NCBI GenBank assembly: GCA_951406725.2
Contig: OX597814.1
Location: 123,380,001 to 123,444,000, forward strand
Direction of reading: 5' to 3'
DNA length: 64,000 bases
Origin: Octopus vulgaris
Lineage: Eukaryota
Below are positions 62,372 through 64,000 of the stretch, one piece after another. A model generated the notes under the pieces. The model saw only the letters and a list, made by a program, of their open reading frames with translations, searched no databases and was not told the DNA's origin. How positions within the stretch are numbered: position 1 is the stretch's first letter; each line of letters starts with the position of its first letter. A program made the translations under genes and the position numbers.

Positions 62372-63267
62372 ACAGATAGATAGGTAGAGAGAAGGAGGGG
62401 GAGGTATTTCTTTTCAATTTGGAATGTTTTTTACTATTTATTTATTTAGTCTTTTACCATCTATAGCTACTGGTACGAGACATGAGTTCAAGGATGGTAA
62501 CCCCTTTTAGGATGGGGAAAATAATGAAAAGAGGATGGGGTGCGGTTATCACTAAAAGCATTTTTCTTTTTTCCTTAAGGTGCCAAGAAGGAAGATAAGA
62601 AGTTCAATGAAATATTAAATATGTGTGTGTGTGTATACATGTGTGCATGCATATGTGTGCCTGTGAGTTTATGTGTTTGGAAATATATCTATGTCTACAC
62701 TGTTAATTTCAATATTTTGCATTGAAAAATAAAGTCAGGTTTCTTTGAATTTCGTGTTTTTGCATGAACAAACATTTGTACAATATTTACAAATTAGAAA
62801 ATTACATAAAGTTAGAATATTCCAATGTTGTATATATATATAGATACCTGAATATTTGCATATGTATATACATATATATATATATATATAATTTTTCTTT
62901 CTTTTACTTGTTTCAATCATTTGTCTGTAGCCATGATGGAGCACCACCTTTTAGTCAAGCAGATCGACCCCAGGACTTATTCTTTGTAAACCTAGTACTT
63001 ATTCTATCAGTCTCTTTGGCCAAACCGCTAGGTTACAGCATCACTTGTCAAGCGATGTTGGGGGACAAACACAGACACACAAACATATACACACACATAC
63101 ATATATATAAACATATATACGACAAGCTTCTTTCAGTTTCCTTCTACCAAATCCACTCACAAGGCTTTGGTCAGCCCGAGGCTATAGTAGAAGACACTTA
63201 CAGGGACATAAACACACCAGCATCAGTTGTCAAGCGATGTTAGGGGGACAAACACTGACACATAAAC

Positions 63268-63358
<91 letters not shown>

Positions 63359-63789
63359 TATGACAAGCTTCTTTCAGTTTCTGTCTACCAAGTCCACTCA
63401 CAAGGCTTTGGTCAGCCCGAGGCTATAGTAGAAGACATTTGCCCAAGGTGCCCCGCAGAGGGACTGAACCCAGCTACTTACCACACAGCCACTCCTGCAC
63501 CTATATATGTACATATATCACCGTGATCACTGTGACTGACCAGGCTATCAGATGTTGCTACACAGCACTGGTCACAATGCATTTTGCTAAGCGAGCAGGC
63601 CAATAGAAGAAAGAGTGAGAAAAAATTGTGGCGAAAGAGTACAGCAGGGATCGCCACCGCCCCCTGCCGGAGTCTCATGGAGCTTTAGGTGTTTTTGATC
63701 ACTAAACACTCACAACGCCCGGTCTGTGAATCGAAACTGCGATCCTACAACCGTGAGTCCACTGCCCTAACCACTGAGCCATTCTGCCT

Positions 63790-63827
<38 letters not shown>

Positions 63828-64000
63828 GTGTGTGTGTGTGTGTGTATGCACGCATGCATGTATGTATGTATGTATAATGGAATGGAAGGTTTATGATACC
63901 TGTGGAGTATCTCCTTCTCCCATTATAATTGTTTTGTAGTTTCAAGGAACTGTAACAGTTCACCGATTTGTGACCTCTGTGCAAAGCGAGGTAATGAGAA

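Overview
AT-rich, repeat-dense animal genomic DNA, most likely from an octopus (coleoid cephalopod). This is inferred from the tRNA-derived SINE families, RTE-tailed SINEs and abundant (TA)n/(CA)n arrays. There is one clear protein-coding gene: the cohesin loader NIPBL/Nipped-B/Scc2 on the minus strand (33051-39374; the conserved start is probably 39320). Unusually, its whole ~6.3 kb CDS is one uninterrupted ORF. Candidate introns are seen only in the 5' leader, which fits a retroposed or intron-purged gene, and it sits in a ~12 kb island without recognisable transposons. The flanks hold decayed CR1/L2-like, RTE, RLE-type and Penelope retroelements, Tc1/mariner elements, Helitron- and piggyBac-like MITEs and many SINEs. 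Other notable structures are minimal type I hammerhead-ribozyme motifs in small inverted-repeat elements near 58.4-59.2 kb (one with a U3-A8 core covariation), several long fold-back palindromes, and a 214-bp direct repeat flanking a truncated LINE. Most short ORFs in the supplied track are microsatellite or SINE artefacts. All coordinates were read by eye; repeat boundaries are approximate.
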